A DNA stretch of 64,000 nucleotides from Escherichia coli (GCF_003790525.1 NZ_CP033635.1), one strand, 5' to 3'; counted from the stretch's first letter, positions 33,507-48,593 are shown. A program made the numbers and translations. The notes: generated by a model not told the origin, from the letters alone.

Positions 33507-33561
33507 ATTATTATCGCCTCCGGCCAGGGCTAGTTTTGCCTCAGCCGGGGACTGAGCAGCG

Positions 33562-34497
33562 TTACCACTTTTGTTCAATTGCCCCCGCTTTCAGCAACTC
33601 CACATCCTTGCCGTTAATGGTTGCCGTTGCGGCAACGATTGTGGTCCTTACAGTTGCACAAGATTTTCGCTCAAATTCCGGTTTATAAAGAATTAGAGAC
33701 GAATTACTGGTAAATGAATCAAATATGTAATCAGTAAAGCTAATATTCAGCCGGTTTAAACCGAAAGGCGCGAAGCCAACCGTTTGGTTAATCTCCTTAC
33801 CGGATGGGCTACGAATGCTGAATGTCACGCGAAGATTGGCCACTTCGCCTAATTTATTGGTGGTGGCGAAGAGGCTATCCATGCAGGAAAAACCTTTATC
33901 TAAAAAATTATCCCGCATCCCAGAACGGGTAACCGTGATCACGGGTAACGTATCGTCAACCGTTTTTCTGTCAATCATGTCTTTTCGACATGTAGCCAGA
34001 AAGTCTTCCGGACCACCATAAATGTGGACACCTTTATCAAGATATTCCTTCGCTTTCTTACAATCTACCTCAACATACTGACCATTGGCGTACATCATGC
34101 CCAACCTGGACCATGCTAAATTCACACCGTATTGCGCGGCCTGATTAAATAGTGCATACGCTTTGGCATAATCCACCCGCACCAGCTCACCGTCGTAGTA
34201 GATACTCCCCAGCGCTAACGGAGCTTCTCTATCACCGTGTTTAGCGGCTAACTCAAACCATTTAATCGCTTCCTGAACATCAGGTTTGGTATCAAAGCGA
34301 GGCTGATAATATTCCCAGCCTAACAGGCTCTGCGCGTCGACATCTCCCAATTCAGCCATTTTATGCAGTCTATTTATAACATCGGGCGCAGGTTGACCAC
34401 CGTATATGCTGTCATACAATTCATGCGCTTTCTCGCTTGCCACCACGCATGGTGAAACTATTAGCATTAAAGAAAATAATATTCTTTTAGTTAACAT
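33562..34497 (-). CDS. secreted Sel1-repeat (TPR-like) protein with uncharacterized C-terminal domain
   Basis: ORF 33562..34557; probable start MLTKRILFSLMLIVSPCVVA (signal peptide); several Sel1-like repeats (AAKHGDREAPLALGSIYYDG, AAQYGVNLAWSRLGMMYANGQ); low GC; no K-12 counterpart recalled here. Confidence 0.65.
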   Translation of the reverse strand: MLTKRILFSLMLIVSPCVVASEKAHELYDSIYGGQPAPDVINRLHKMAELGDVDAQSLLGWEYYQPRFDTKPDVQEAIKWFELAAKHGDREAPLALGSIYYDGELVRVDYAKAYALFNQAAQYGVNLAWSRLGMMYANGQYVEVDCKKAKEYLDKGVHIYGGPEDFLATCRKDMIDRKTVDDTLPVITVTRSGMRDNFLDKGFSCMDSLFATTNKLGEVANLRVTFSIRSPSGKEINQTVGFAPFGLNRLNISFTDYIFDSFTSNSSLILYKPEFERKSCATVRTTIVAATATINGKDVELLKAGAIEQKW

Positions 34498-34903
34498 GTA
34501 TACCTTTATGTTCTCTCTGTCATATATTTCCATAATAATTAACCACCAAACATCCATTTAATGAATAAATACAGTACCATAAAGGCCCAAGTAATAAGCA
34601 CACATTTAACCTGAAACATTATCATCGATGTCACCAAATCGTTTATTTAGTGAGATAAAAATAGCATGTTCGCAAGATAAAAAATGCACATAGCAATCAA
34701 GAAATAATATTATTACTTTTGATGTAAAACTATTTAGCTTTAAGAATAATTTTTTCAACATATAGAGCATTCATTTTATGAATGCAAAATAAACATACCT
34801 GACACACAAACTATTCTCCTCTGTAATATTTTCTCATTAACACTCTGTTTACCCAACATGCGCTCCGCACTACACTATGTGGGCATTTTTTTAAGAGGTG
34901 GTA

Positions 34904-36268
34904 ATGAACGATTATAAAATGACGCCAGGTGAGCGGCGCGCGACCTGGGGTTTAGGCACCGTTTTCTCGTTGCGCATGCTGGGCATGTTCATGGTTCTGC
35001 CGGTTCTGACCACGTACGGCATGGCTCTGCAAGGTGCCAGCGAAGCATTAATCGGTATTGCCATTGGTATTTATGGTCTGACTCAGGCCGTTTTTCAGAT
35101 TCCGTTTGGCCTGCTTTCAGACCGCATTGGTCGCAAACCATTAATTGTCGGTGGGCTGGCGGTGTTTGCCGCCGGTAGCGTTATCGCTGCGCTCTCTGAC
35201 TCCATCTGGGGAATTATTCTGGGCCGGGCGCTACAAGGCTCCGGTGCGATTGCCGCTGCCGTTATGGCGCTGCTTTCCGATCTTACGCGCGAACAAAACC
35301 GCACCAAAGCGATGGCGTTTATCGGCGTGAGCTTTGGCATTACCTTTGCCATTGCGATGGTGCTTGGCCCGATCATCACTCACAAACTTGGGCTGCACGC
35401 GCTGTTCTGGATGATCGCTATTCTGGCAACAACCGGCATTGCGTTGACCATTTGGGTTGTGCCCAACAGTAGCACTCACGTACTTAATCGTGAGTCCGGA
35501 ATGGTGAAAGGCAGTTTCAGTAAAGTGCTGGCGGAACCGCGGTTGCTGAAACTCAACTTTGGCATTATGTGTCTACACATGCTTCTGATGTCTACGTTTG
35601 TTGCCCTGCCCGGACAGCTGGCTGATGCGGGGTTCCCGGCGGCTGAACACTGGAAGGTCTATCTGGCGACGATGCTAATCGCCTTTGGCTCGGTCGTGCC
35701 TTTCATTATCTACGCTGAAGTTAAGCGCAAAATGAAGCAAGTCTTTGTCTTCTGCGTCGGATTGATCGTGGTTGCGGAAATTGTGTTGTGGAACGCACAA
35801 ACGCAGTTCTGGCAACTGGTGGTCGGCGTGCAGCTTTTCTTTGTAGCGTTTAATTTGATGGAAGCCCTTCTGCCTTCACTTATCAGTAAAGAGTCGCCTG
35901 CAGGTTACAAAGGTACGGCGATGGGTGTTTACTCCACCAGCCAGTTTCTTGGCGTGGCGATTGGCGGTTCGCTGGGCGGCTGGATTGACGGCATGTTTGA
36001 CGGTCAGGGCGTATTTCTCGCTGGCGCAATGCTGGCCGCAGTGTGGCTGGCAGTCGCCAGTACCATGAAAGAACCGCCGTATGTCAGCAGCTTGCGCATT
36101 GAAATCCCGGCGGACATTGCCGCAAACGAAGCGTTAAAAGTACGTTTGCTGGAAACTGAAGGCGTCAAAGAAGTGTTGATTGCAGAAGAAGAACATTCAG
36201 CGTATGTGAAAATCGACAGCAAAGTGACGAATCGCTTTGAGGTTGAACAGGCAATTCGCCAGGCATAA
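34904..36268 (+). CDS. yajR: MFS transporter YajR
   Basis: ORF 34898..36268; start MNDYKMTPGERRATW gives 454 aa; MFS with C-terminal cytoplasmic domain. Confidence 0.9.
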   Translation: MNDYKMTPGERRATWGLGTVFSLRMLGMFMVLPVLTTYGMALQGASEALIGIAIGIYGLTQAVFQIPFGLLSDRIGRKPLIVGGLAVFAAGSVIAALSDSIWGIILGRALQGSGAIAAAVMALLSDLTREQNRTKAMAFIGVSFGITFAIAMVLGPIITHKLGLHALFWMIAILATTGIALTIWVVPNSSTHVLNRESGMVKGSFSKVLAEPRLLKLNFGIMCLHMLLMSTFVALPGQLADAGFPAAEHWKVYLATMLIAFGSVVPFIIYAEVKRKMKQVFVFCVGLIVVAEIVLWNAQTQFWQLVVGVQLFFVAFNLMEALLPSLISKESPAGYKGTAMGVYSTSQFLGVAIGGSLGGWIDGMFDGQGVFLAGAMLAAVWLAVASTMKEPPYVSSLRIEIPADIAANEALKVRLLETEGVKEVLIAEEEHSAYVKIDSKVTNRFEVEQAIRQA

Positions 36269-36283
36269 AAGCGAGGCGAAATT

Positions 36284-36373
36284 GCCTGCTGCGCTACGCT
36301 TACCAGGCCTACAAAGTTCCTGAGTTATAAACCTTTGTAGGCCAAATCAGGCGTTCATGCCGCATCTGACATG
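36284..36373. repeat. BIME: two REP units in inverted orientation between yajR and yajQ
   Basis: GCCTGCTGCGCTACGCTTACCAGGCCTAC and, inverted, GTAGGCCAAATCAGGCGTTCATGCCGCATCTGAC. Confidence 0.75.
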
Positions 36374-36395
36374 AACAAAGCGCAGGTTGTCGCGA

Positions 36396-36887
36396 TTAAT
36401 CGCGGAAGTTTTTGAACTGGAACGGCTGACCGAGATCGCCCCCACGTACCATCGCCATAACAGCCTGCAAATCATCACGAGATTTACCCGTTACACGGAT
36501 CTCATCGCCCTGAATTTGCGCCTGCACTTTCAGTTTGCTGTCTTTAATCATCTTGACGATTTTCTTCTGGGTCGCGCTCTCAATGCCCTGTTTCAGTTTC
36601 GCTTCCACAAACCAGGTTTTACCGCTATGAACGATATTTTCCGGTACATCCAGTGAACTGCCTTCAATGCCGCGCTTCAGCAGCTTGGCACGCAGAATAT
36701 CCAGCAACTGATTGACCTGGAAATCGGACTCGCTCAACACTTTGATGGTTTTGCTGGCGTCGTTCAGCTCAAATGAGGCTTCAACATTACGGAAGTCAAA
36801 ACGGGACTCCACTTCGCGGCTCGCGTTATCGACCGCGTTACGTGCTTCCTGAAGATCAACTTCAGAGACAATATCGAAAGATGGCAT
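36396..36887 (-). CDS. yajQ: nucleotide-binding protein YajQ
   Basis: ORF 36396..37055; start [14 protein letters not shown] gives 163 aa. Confidence 0.9.
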
Positions 36888-37054
36888 CTTTTCCTCTCCC
36901 TTCATTTTTGATGCGAAGCATAATACCTGCAAAGTTAAATAACCAACAGTCCTGCACCAGGACGTATCCCTTAATTGTGCATAGTCGCAACAGCATGCAC
37001 AATTAAGAGATAGCCTTATTGAACACCCGGAGTGGTTGCGGGTGAGGAGGAACA

Positions 37055-38519
<1,465 letters not shown>

Positions 38520-38521
38520 TG

Positions 38522-38561
38522 TCGGATGCGGTAAACGTCGCATCTGACCAGATGCGACGTT
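38522..38561. repeat. REP-like palindromic unit between convergent yajL and thiI
   Basis: CGGATGCGGTAAACGTCGCATCTGACCAGATGCGACG. Confidence 0.5.
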
Positions 38562-38572
38562 ACAACCACATA

Positions 38573-40021
38573 TTACGGGCGATACACCTTCACATTGTTA
38601 AAGCCCTGCTCGCGCAGATAGAGCGCCTGCAGGCGGCTCATCACCCCGCGCTCACACCACAACAGCCAGGTTTTGCTCTGGTCGAGATCGCCAAATTTGG
38701 TGCTCAGTTTATAGAACGGCAGAGAAACCACATCAATCCCTTCGACTTTCAGTGGCTTATCTTCCTGTTCATCGATAGAACGGATATCGAGGATCACGTC
38801 GTTCGGGCCGAAGCCATTGACGGTTTCCACTTCCACCACTTCCTGCTCGGTCTGCTGGGCGATTTCGCGGATATCAACGTTATTCGCTTCCTCAACCACT
38901 TTATCGAGAATGCTGAAGTCAAACTTCTCTTCTTCCGCTTCAATCTTCGATTTAACCGCTTTCACCGTCGGGCTTTTGGAAATCACGCCGCAATATTCCG
39001 GCATCGTGCGGGCAAAGTCTTCGGTGCCAATCTGGCGAGCCAGGTTGATGATGTGCTCTTTGTCGTAAGAGATCAGCGGACGCAGGATCAACGTATCGGA
39101 GACGTTATCAATCAGGCGCAGGTTGGTCAGCGTCTGGCTGGACACCTGGCCGAGCGCTTCACCGGTAACCAGCGCCTGAACGCCGTAACGTTCTGCCACT
39201 TTGGACGCGGCACGCACCATCATACGTTTGAGGATAACGCCCATCTGACCGTCGTCGATTTTCTCGAGAATTTCCCCGACGACCGGTTCGAAATTAATAG
39301 CGACAAAACGCACGCGGTGGGAGCTGCCAAAGCGGTTCCACAGATAATGCGCTACCTGACGCACGCCAATTTCATGCGCCGCGCCGCCAAGGTTAAAGAA
39401 GCAGTAATGCACACGACATCCGCGACGCATCAACATATAACTGGAAACGCCGGAGTCGAAACCACCAGAAATGAGCGACAGCACATCTTCCTGGGTACCA
39501 ATCGGGAAACCGCCAATACCTTCGTAGCGGCCTTTAATCAGCAGAAGACGATCGTCTTCCACTTCCAGATGGACAGTCACATCCGGATTGGTCAACTTCA
39601 CGCGCGCGGATTCAATATGCTGATTTAAACCGCCGCCGACGTAACGCTCCACATCAATCGAGCTAAAATCATGTTTGCCACGGCGCTTCACGCGCACGCA
39701 GAAGGTTTTGCCTTCCAACTGATCGCGATACTGAACCAACGCTTTCTCGAAAATATCGTGCATGTCGGTAAACGGCACGTCTTCGACTTCGAGAATATGG
39801 TGGATACCCGGAATACGGGTCAAGGCGTCGCGAATGGCCAGACGCTGGTTTTCATCTTTTGCGCGAACTTCGATGTTATCCCAGTGGCGGACGACAGCGA
39901 GCGTCTCATCATAGTGCTTTAAAACGTTACGAATGTTCCCGGTAAGGATTTTTATAAAGCGCAAGCGCACAGATTGGCTTTTGATGGTGATTTCCGGGAA
40001 CAATTTAATGATAAACTTCAT
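38573..40021 (-). CDS. thiI: tRNA 4-thiouridine synthase / thiamine biosynthesis protein ThiI
   Basis: 482 aa; THUMP, PP-loop SGGFDS, C-terminal rhodanese domain. Confidence 0.95.
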   Translation of the reverse strand: MKFIIKLFPEITIKSQSVRLRFIKILTGNIRNVLKHYDETLAVVRHWDNIEVRAKDENQRLAIRDALTRIPGIHHILEVEDVPFTDMHDIFEKALVQYRDQLEGKTFCVRVKRRGKHDFSSIDVERYVGGGLNQHIESARVKLTNPDVTVHLEVEDDRLLLIKGRYEGIGGFPIGTQEDVLSLISGGFDSGVSSYMLMRRGCRVHYCFFNLGGAAHEIGVRQVAHYLWNRFGSSHRVRFVAINFEPVVGEILEKIDDGQMGVILKRMMVRAASKVAERYGVQALVTGEALGQVSSQTLTNLRLIDNVSDTLILRPLISYDKEHIINLARQIGTEDFARTMPEYCGVISKSPTVKAVKSKIEAEEEKFDFSILDKVVEEANNVDIREIAQQTEQEVVEVETVNGFGPNDVILDIRSIDEQEDKPLKVEGIDVVSLPFYKLSTKFGDLDQSKTWLLWCERGVMSRLQALYLREQGFNNVKVYRP

Positions 40022-40226
40022 GGCGGCAATGGTTCGTTGGCAAGCCTTAAGCGACTTGTATAGGGAAAAATACAGCAGCCCACACCTGCGGCTGCATCCA
40101 GGCGCGGAAGTATACCACTAACATCGCTTTGCTGCGCACATCACCTTACCATTGCGCGTTATTTGCTATTTGCCCTGAGTCCGTTACCATGACGGGGCGA
40201 AAAATATTGAGAGTCAGACATTCATT

Positions 40227-40469
40227 ATGCCGAAGAAAAATGAGGCGCCCGCCAGCTTTGAAAAGGCGCTGAGCGAGCTGGAACAGATTGTAACCCGTCT
40301 GGAAAGTGGCGACCTGCCGCTGGAAGAGGCGCTGAACGAGTTCGAACGCGGCGTGCAACTGGCACGTCAGGGGCAGGCCAAATTACAACAAGCCGAACAG
40401 CGCGTGCAAATTCTGCTGTCTGACAATGAAGACGCCTCTCTAACCCCTTTTACACCGGACAATGAGTAA
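40227..40469 (+). CDS. xseB: exodeoxyribonuclease VII small subunit
   Basis: 80 aa; [22 protein letters not shown]. Confidence 0.95.
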
Positions 40470-41368
40470 TGGACTTTCCGCAGCAACTCGAAGCCTGCGT
40501 TAAGCAGGCCAACCAGGCGCTGAGCCGTTTTATCGCCCCACTGCCCTTTCAGAACACTCCCGTGGTCGAAACCATGCAGTATGGCGCATTATTAGGTGGT
40601 AAGCGCCTGCGACCTTTCCTGGTTTATGCCACTGGTCATATGTTCGGCGTTAGCACAAACACACTGGACGCACCCGCTGCCGCCGTAGAGTGTATCCACG
40701 CTTACTCATTAATTCATGATGATTTACCGGCGATGGATGATGACGATCTGCGTCGCGGTTTGCCGACCTGCCATGTGAAGTTTGGCGAAGCAAACGCGAT
40801 TCTCGCTGGTGACGCTTTACAAACGCTGGCGTTCTCGATTCTAAGCGATGCCGATATGCCGGAAGTGTCAGATCGCGACAGAATTTCGATGATTTCTGAG
40901 CTGGCGAGCGCCAGCGGTATTGCCGGAATGTGCGGTGGTCAGGCATTAGATTTAGACGCTGAAGGCAAACACGTACCTCTGGACGCGCTTGAGCGTATTC
41001 ATCGTCATAAAACCGGCGCATTGATTCGCGCCGCCGTTCGCCTTGGTGCATTAAGCGCCGGAGATAAAGGACGTCGTGCTCTGCCAGTACTCGACAAGTA
41101 CGCAGAGAGCATCGGCCTTGCCTTCCAGGTTCAGGATGACATCCTGGATGTGGTAGGAGATACTGCAACGTTGGGAAAACGCCAGGGTGCTGACCAGCAA
41201 CTTGGTAAAAGTACCTACCCTGCACTTCTGGGTCTTGAGCAAGCCCGGAAGAAAGCCCGGGATCTGATCGACGATGCCCGTCAGTCGCTGAAACAACTGG
41301 CTGAACAGTCACTCGATACCTCGGCACTGGAAGCGCTAGCGGACTACATCATCCAGCGTAATAAATAA
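40469..41368 (+). CDS. ispA: farnesyl diphosphate synthase
   Basis: 299 aa; first DDxxD motif (IHDDLPAMDDDDLRRG) and second (QVQDDILD). Confidence 0.95.
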   Translation: MDFPQQLEACVKQANQALSRFIAPLPFQNTPVVETMQYGALLGGKRLRPFLVYATGHMFGVSTNTLDAPAAAVECIHAYSLIHDDLPAMDDDDLRRGLPTCHVKFGEANAILAGDALQTLAFSILSDADMPEVSDRDRISMISELASASGIAGMCGGQALDLDAEGKHVPLDALERIHRHKTGALIRAAVRLGALSAGDKGRRALPVLDKYAESIGLAFQVQDDILDVVGDTATLGKRQGADQQLGKSTYPALLGLEQARKKARDLIDDARQSLKQLAEQSLDTSALEALADYIIQRNK

Positions 41369-41392
41369 ACAATAAGTATTAATAGGCCCCTG

Positions 41393-43255
<1,863 letters not shown>

Positions 43256-43309
43256 TCCCTACTCCACTCCTGCTATGCTTAAGAAATTATTCATGGCAGG
43301 AGTGGCAGC

Positions 43310-44284
43310 ATGCAATACAACCCCTTAGGAAAAACCGACCTTCGCGTTTCCCGACTTTGCCTCGGCTGTATGACCTTTGGCGAGCCAGATCGCGGTAATC
43401 ACGCATGGACACTGCCGGAAGAAAGCAGCCGTCCCATCATTAAACGCGCGCTGGAAGGCGGCATAAATTTCTTTGATACCGCCAATAGCTATTCCGATGG
43501 CAGCAGCGAAGAGATCGTCGGTCGCGCACTGCGGGATTTCGCCCGTCGTGAAGACGTGGTCGTTGCGACCAAAGTGTTCCATCGCGTTGGTGATTTACCG
43601 GAAGGATTATCCCGTGCACAAATTTTGCGCTCTATCGACGACAGCCTGCGCCGTCTCGGCATGGATTATGTCGATATCCTGCAAATTCATCGCTGGGATT
43701 ACAACACGCCGATCGAAGAGACGCTGGAAGCCCTCAACGACGTGGTAAAAGCCGGGAAAGCGCGTTATATCGGCGCGTCATCCATGCACGCTTCGCAGTT
43801 TGCTCAAGCACTGGAACTACAAAAACAGCACGGCTGGGCGCAGTTTGTCAGTATGCAGGATCACTACAATCTGATTTATCGTGAAGAAGAGCGCGAGATG
43901 CTGCCGCTGTGTTATCAGGAAGGCGTGGCGGTGATTCCATGGAGCCCGCTGGCGCGGGGCCGTCTGACGCGTCCTTGGGGAGAAACCACCGCACGGCTGG
44001 TGTCGGATGAAGTGGGGAAAAATCTCTACCAAGAAAGCGATGAAAATGACGCACAAATTGCAGAACGCTTAACGGGCGTCAGTGAAGAACTTGGTGCAAC
44101 ACGAGCACAAGTTGCGCTGGCCTGGTTGTTGAGTAAACCGGGCATTGCCGCACCGATTATCGGAACTTCGCGGGAAGAACAGCTTGATGAGCTGCTGAAC
44201 GCGGTGGATATCACTTTAAAGCCGGAACAGATTGCTGAACTGGAAACGCCGTATAAACCGCATCCGGTAGTAGGATTTAAATAG
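43310..44284 (+). CDS. yajO: aldo-keto reductase YajO
   Basis: 324 aa AKR family. Confidence 0.9.
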   Translation: MQYNPLGKTDLRVSRLCLGCMTFGEPDRGNHAWTLPEESSRPIIKRALEGGINFFDTANSYSDGSSEEIVGRALRDFARREDVVVATKVFHRVGDLPEGLSRAQILRSIDDSLRRLGMDYVDILQIHRWDYNTPIEETLEALNDVVKAGKARYIGASSMHASQFAQALELQKQHGWAQFVSMQDHYNLIYREEEREMLPLCYQEGVAVIPWSPLARGRLTRPWGETTARLVSDEVGKNLYQESDENDAQIAERLTGVSEELGATRAQVALAWLLSKPGIAAPIIGTSREEQLDELLNAVDITLKPEQIAELETPYKPHPVVGFK

Positions 44285-44290
44285 GTATGC

Positions 44291-44327
44291 AGGCCTGATG
44301 AGACGTGACAAGCGTCACATCAGGCAT
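44291..44327. repeat. REP-like palindromic unit between yajO and pgpA
   Basis: GGCCTGATGAGACGTGACAAGCGTCACATCAGGC imperfect palindrome. Confidence 0.55.
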
Positions 44328-44337
44328 CGGTGCACAA

Positions 44338-44856
44338 CTACGACAGAATACCCAGCGGCCAGTGATGTCCAATAAAGTACAGGATGCCTGCGGAAATCAC
44401 CCCGGCGACAATATCGTCAATCATGATCCCCATGCCGCCATGTACATTGCGATCAAACCAACGGATCGGCCACGGCTTCCACATATCCAGAATACGGAAA
44501 ATCACAAACCCGGCGGCAACCCACTGCCAGTCATTGGTCGGCAGCGCCATGAGCGTGATCCACATACCGATAAATTCGTCCCAGACAATGCTGCCGTGAT
44601 CGTGCACACCCATGTCTTTCGCCGTTTGATGACAAAGATACACGCCGATACAGATCCCCAGCATCACCACCAGCGAATAGAGCTGCCAGGGCAAAAAAGT
44701 CATCAGATACCAGAACGGAATCGCTGCCAGCGATCCCATCGTGCCAGGAACGATTGGGCTTAATCCACTTCCGAATCCGACAGCAAGCAGATGCCACGGA
44801 TTACTCATCTTCAGGCGACTTTTCGCGACATCTTTATGGCGTGGCAAAATGGTCAT
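44338..44856 (-). CDS. pgpA: phosphatidylglycerophosphatase A
   Basis: 172 aa membrane protein; 23-bp overlap with thiL. Confidence 0.9.
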   Translation of the reverse strand: MTILPRHKDVAKSRLKMSNPWHLLAVGFGSGLSPIVPGTMGSLAAIPFWYLMTFLPWQLYSLVVMLGICIGVYLCHQTAKDMGVHDHGSIVWDEFIGMWITLMALPTNDWQWVAAGFVIFRILDMWKPWPIRWFDRNVHGGMGIMIDDIVAGVISAGILYFIGHHWPLGILS

Positions 44857-45811
44857 ATCCTTTCCAGTCTAACGTGACAGGTTCGCCGTCACGAATAAAA
44901 CAAAGCCCTTCGATATCGGCGGTCATTTGCCCGATACAGGTAAACGGTACGCCCAGGTGTCCGAGAGCCACATCCAGCGCGCCACGGTTCAGTTCCGGCA
45001 CAGTGAAACACAACTCGTAATCTTCACCGCCAGAGAGCGCCCAGCGCAACGCCTGTTCAGGTTCAACATGGCGAGAAAGCGCATCAGAAAACGGCAGCAA
45101 TGCCAGGTCAATACGTGCGCCGCAGTCGCTGGCTTTCACGATATGCCCGAGATCGGAAATCAGACCGTCAGAGAGATCGATAGCTGAATTTGCCAGATCG
45201 CGCAGTGCCTGCCCCTGTAAAATACGCGGCGATGGACGGAGATGACGTTTGATCAAGTAGTCCGCATCTTTAGCATCGGCAACCTGCAAACGGTTTTGCA
45301 AAATCGCCAGCCCGGCGGCGCTATCGCCCGGTGTACCGGTCACATAGATCCAGTCACCCGGTTTCGCCCCAGCGCGCGTTAAGGCTCGTCCCATCGGAAC
45401 AAAGCCGTGGATACCCAGCGTCATTGATAATGGCCCACGCGTGGTATCGCCGCCAATGAGTTGCATATCGTAATAATTGAGAAGATCAAACAAACTGTCG
45501 CTGAAGGACTCAAGCCACGCTTCGTCGACGTCCGGTAAGGTTAATGCCAGCGTCAGCCAGGCTGGATCGGCCCCCATCGCTGCCAGATCGCTTAGGTTCA
45601 CCGCCAGTGCTTTATACGCCAGATCAGCAGGATCGATATCAGGGAGGAAGTGGTTGCCCGCCACCAGCGTATCAGTGCTGATCGCCAGGGTCTGCTTCTC
45701 GGGGATATTGAGAAGTGCGCAATCGTCGCCGATGCCCAGTTCGACATCAAGACGAGAACTTCTTACACGGTCAAAATAACGGGCAATCAGGGAGAACTCG
45801 CCACATGCCAT
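44834..45811 (-). CDS. thiL: thiamine-monophosphate kinase
   Basis: 325 aa AIR-synthase-like fold. Confidence 0.95.
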   Translation of the reverse strand: MACGEFSLIARYFDRVRSSRLDVELGIGDDCALLNIPEKQTLAISTDTLVAGNHFLPDIDPADLAYKALAVNLSDLAAMGADPAWLTLALTLPDVDEAWLESFSDSLFDLLNYYDMQLIGGDTTRGPLSMTLGIHGFVPMGRALTRAGAKPGDWIYVTGTPGDSAAGLAILQNRLQVADAKDADYLIKRHLRPSPRILQGQALRDLANSAIDLSDGLISDLGHIVKASDCGARIDLALLPFSDALSRHVEPEQALRWALSGGEDYELCFTVPELNRGALDVALGHLGVPFTCIGQMTADIEGLCFIRDGEPVTLDWKGYDHFATP

Positions 45812-45888
45812 ACGTTATGCCTCAGCAGGTAAAAAAGAAAAGGCCGGCGATCGCGGAACGGTCTTCCGTGAATCTACCGGCCTGGATA

Positions 45889-46308
45889 TCACTTTTTGTT
45901 AGGGCGAATCACAGGTGCTGCTTTATCGAGTACGCCGTTGACGAACTTATGGCTGTCTTCTGCGCCGAACGATTTCGCCAGTTCGATCGCTTCGTTAATG
46001 GCCACTTTGTATGGCACATCGCTACGTTTAGACAGCTCGTACAGCGCAATGCGCAGTACTGCTTTTTCTACCTGGCCCAGTTCTTCCAGCAGGCGGGACA
46101 GGTATGGCTTCATCAGTCCGTCGAGGTATGCGGTGTTAGTCGCCACCCCGGCCAGCAGCTCACGGAAGTACAGGACGTCAACGTCTTTTACATCCTGTTC
46201 AGCCAGGAACTGGTATTCAACATCAGCGATGTCGTTCTGGGACAACTGCCAGGAGTAGAGCGCCTGGACGGCACACTCACGAGCGCGGCGACGAGCAGCA
46301 GGTTTCAC
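45889..46308 (-). CDS. nusB: transcription antitermination factor NusB
   Basis: 139 aa; [20 protein letters not shown]. Confidence 0.97.
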
Positions 46309-46327
46309 GGATTTCCCCTTACTAATT

Positions 46328-46798
46328 TCAGGCCTTGATGGCTTTCAATACATTAATCATTTCAAGCGCAGTCAGTGCAGCTTCTGCACCTTTGTTGCCA
46401 GCTTTGGTGCCAGCACGTTCGATCGCTTGTTCAATGCTTTCAGTGGTCAGAACACCAAAAGCAACCGGAATTTCGCTGTCCTGGGCAACATGCGCCAGGC
46501 CGTTGCTTGCACCACCAGCGACATATTCAAAGTGGGCAGTGCCACCACGAATAACCGTACCCAGCGCAATCACCGCGTCGTATTTACCGGTTTTAGCCAG
46601 TGCACCCGCCGCCAGCGGCAGCTCATAGGCACCAGGCACCCAAACAACGGTAATGTTTTCATCTTTTACCTGACCGATACGTTTCAGTGCGTCAATTGCA
46701 CCTTCCAGCAGGCTGTCATTGATAAAGTTGTTGAAACGCGCGATGGTGATGGCGACGCGAGCGTCCGGGGTAGCAACGTTAGCTTCAATAATGTTCAT
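46328..46798 (-). CDS. ribE: 6,7-dimethyl-8-ribityllumazine synthase
   Basis: ORF 46328..46894; start [15 protein letters not shown] gives 156 aa (gene also called ribH). Confidence 0.95.
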
Positions 46799-46886
46799 TT
46801 TCTTCCTTCGGGTTCGAGTATGGCCCCGCAGGGGGGCGGATTTTAGCATAATATTTCGTGCTCTGCTTCCCTTTCGAGCCGGGAGA

Positions 46887-47990
46887 TCATGCACCCACTA
46901 AATGCAGGCAAACATCCGGGCCTACATGACGTATCTCTTTGAATTTAAATTGGGGGGCGTCGGCTAATTTCTCAAGCCCTGGCAGCGAGCATAATCCACG
47001 GGCGTCGCTGCCTAATAGTTTAGGTGCGATATAGACAATCAGCTCATCGACTAACCCCGCCTGTAGCAATGCGCCAGCGAGCGTTGGCCCCGCTTCCACC
47101 CAGATGCTGTTAATTTGCTGTTTACCCAGTTGCATCATCAGTACAACCAGATCCAGATGACCTTTATGCTCTGGAATCAGCAAGGTACGCACCGTTTCCG
47201 GCCACTCACGAGAATCATCCTGAGTACGCGCGAACCAAGTTTCGCCGGGCTGCTGCACAATGCGATGTTCCGGCGTCACGCGATTTTGGCTATCAATCAC
47301 AATACGTATCGGCTGACGGAGATTTTGTTGCGGATAGAGCGCCTGAGTTTGTTCATCCAGTTCAGACCAACGCACTGTTAAGGCTGGATCATCCGCCAGC
47401 ACCGTGGCGCTGCTGGTTAAAATGGCATGACTTTGTGCGCGCAGTCGTTGTACGTCGCGCCGCGCCTGAGGCGAAGTGATCCACTGGCTTTCGCCGCTCG
47501 CCATCGCCGTGCGGCCATCAAGCGATGCGCCAAGTTTTAACTGAATATAAGGAAAGCCGGTGCGCATCCGCTTGAGAAAGCCTTTATTCAATTGCTCGGC
47601 TTCACTCATCATCAACCCGTGGCTGACGTCAATACCAGCCTGTTGTAGACGGTAAAGTCCACGCCCAGCGACCTGCGGATTGGGGTCTTGCATTGCAGCA
47701 ACCACGCGCGCCACGCCCGCAGCAATTAATGCATCACAACACGGTGGCGTACGACCATGATGGCTACAGGGTTCGAGTGTGACATACGCCGTTGCGCCTT
47801 TGGCTTTTTCGCCGGCCATGCGCAACGCGTGTACCTCGGCATGCGGTTCACCCGCTCGTTGATGGTAACCTTCACCGACAGTTTCGCCATCTTTGACAAT
47901 GACGCACCCGACATTCGGGTTGGGATGCGTGGTAAAACGTCCTCGTTGCGCCAGCTTTAGCGCCCGCGCCATGTAATACTCGTCCTGCAC
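46887..47990 (-). CDS. ribD: bifunctional riboflavin biosynthesis deaminase/reductase RibD
   Basis: 367 aa; CMP/dCMP-type deaminase zinc motif HAE...PCxxC. Confidence 0.95.
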
Positions 47991-47993
47991 GGC

Positions 47994-48479
<486 letters not shown>

Positions 48480-48593
48480 TTACCCTGAACTGACGATACA
48501 ACAAAGGCGCAACGCTTTTGAGATAAAGGATCGATGCTTTCACTGCTTTTACCCTCTACCATTAGGCTAATTGCGACGAGAAAGGGACGACCT

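Noticed and set aside
44305-44763. 152-aa ORF on the + strand
   Set aside because: Overlaps pgpA on the opposite strand and begins inside a REP-like element; not coding.
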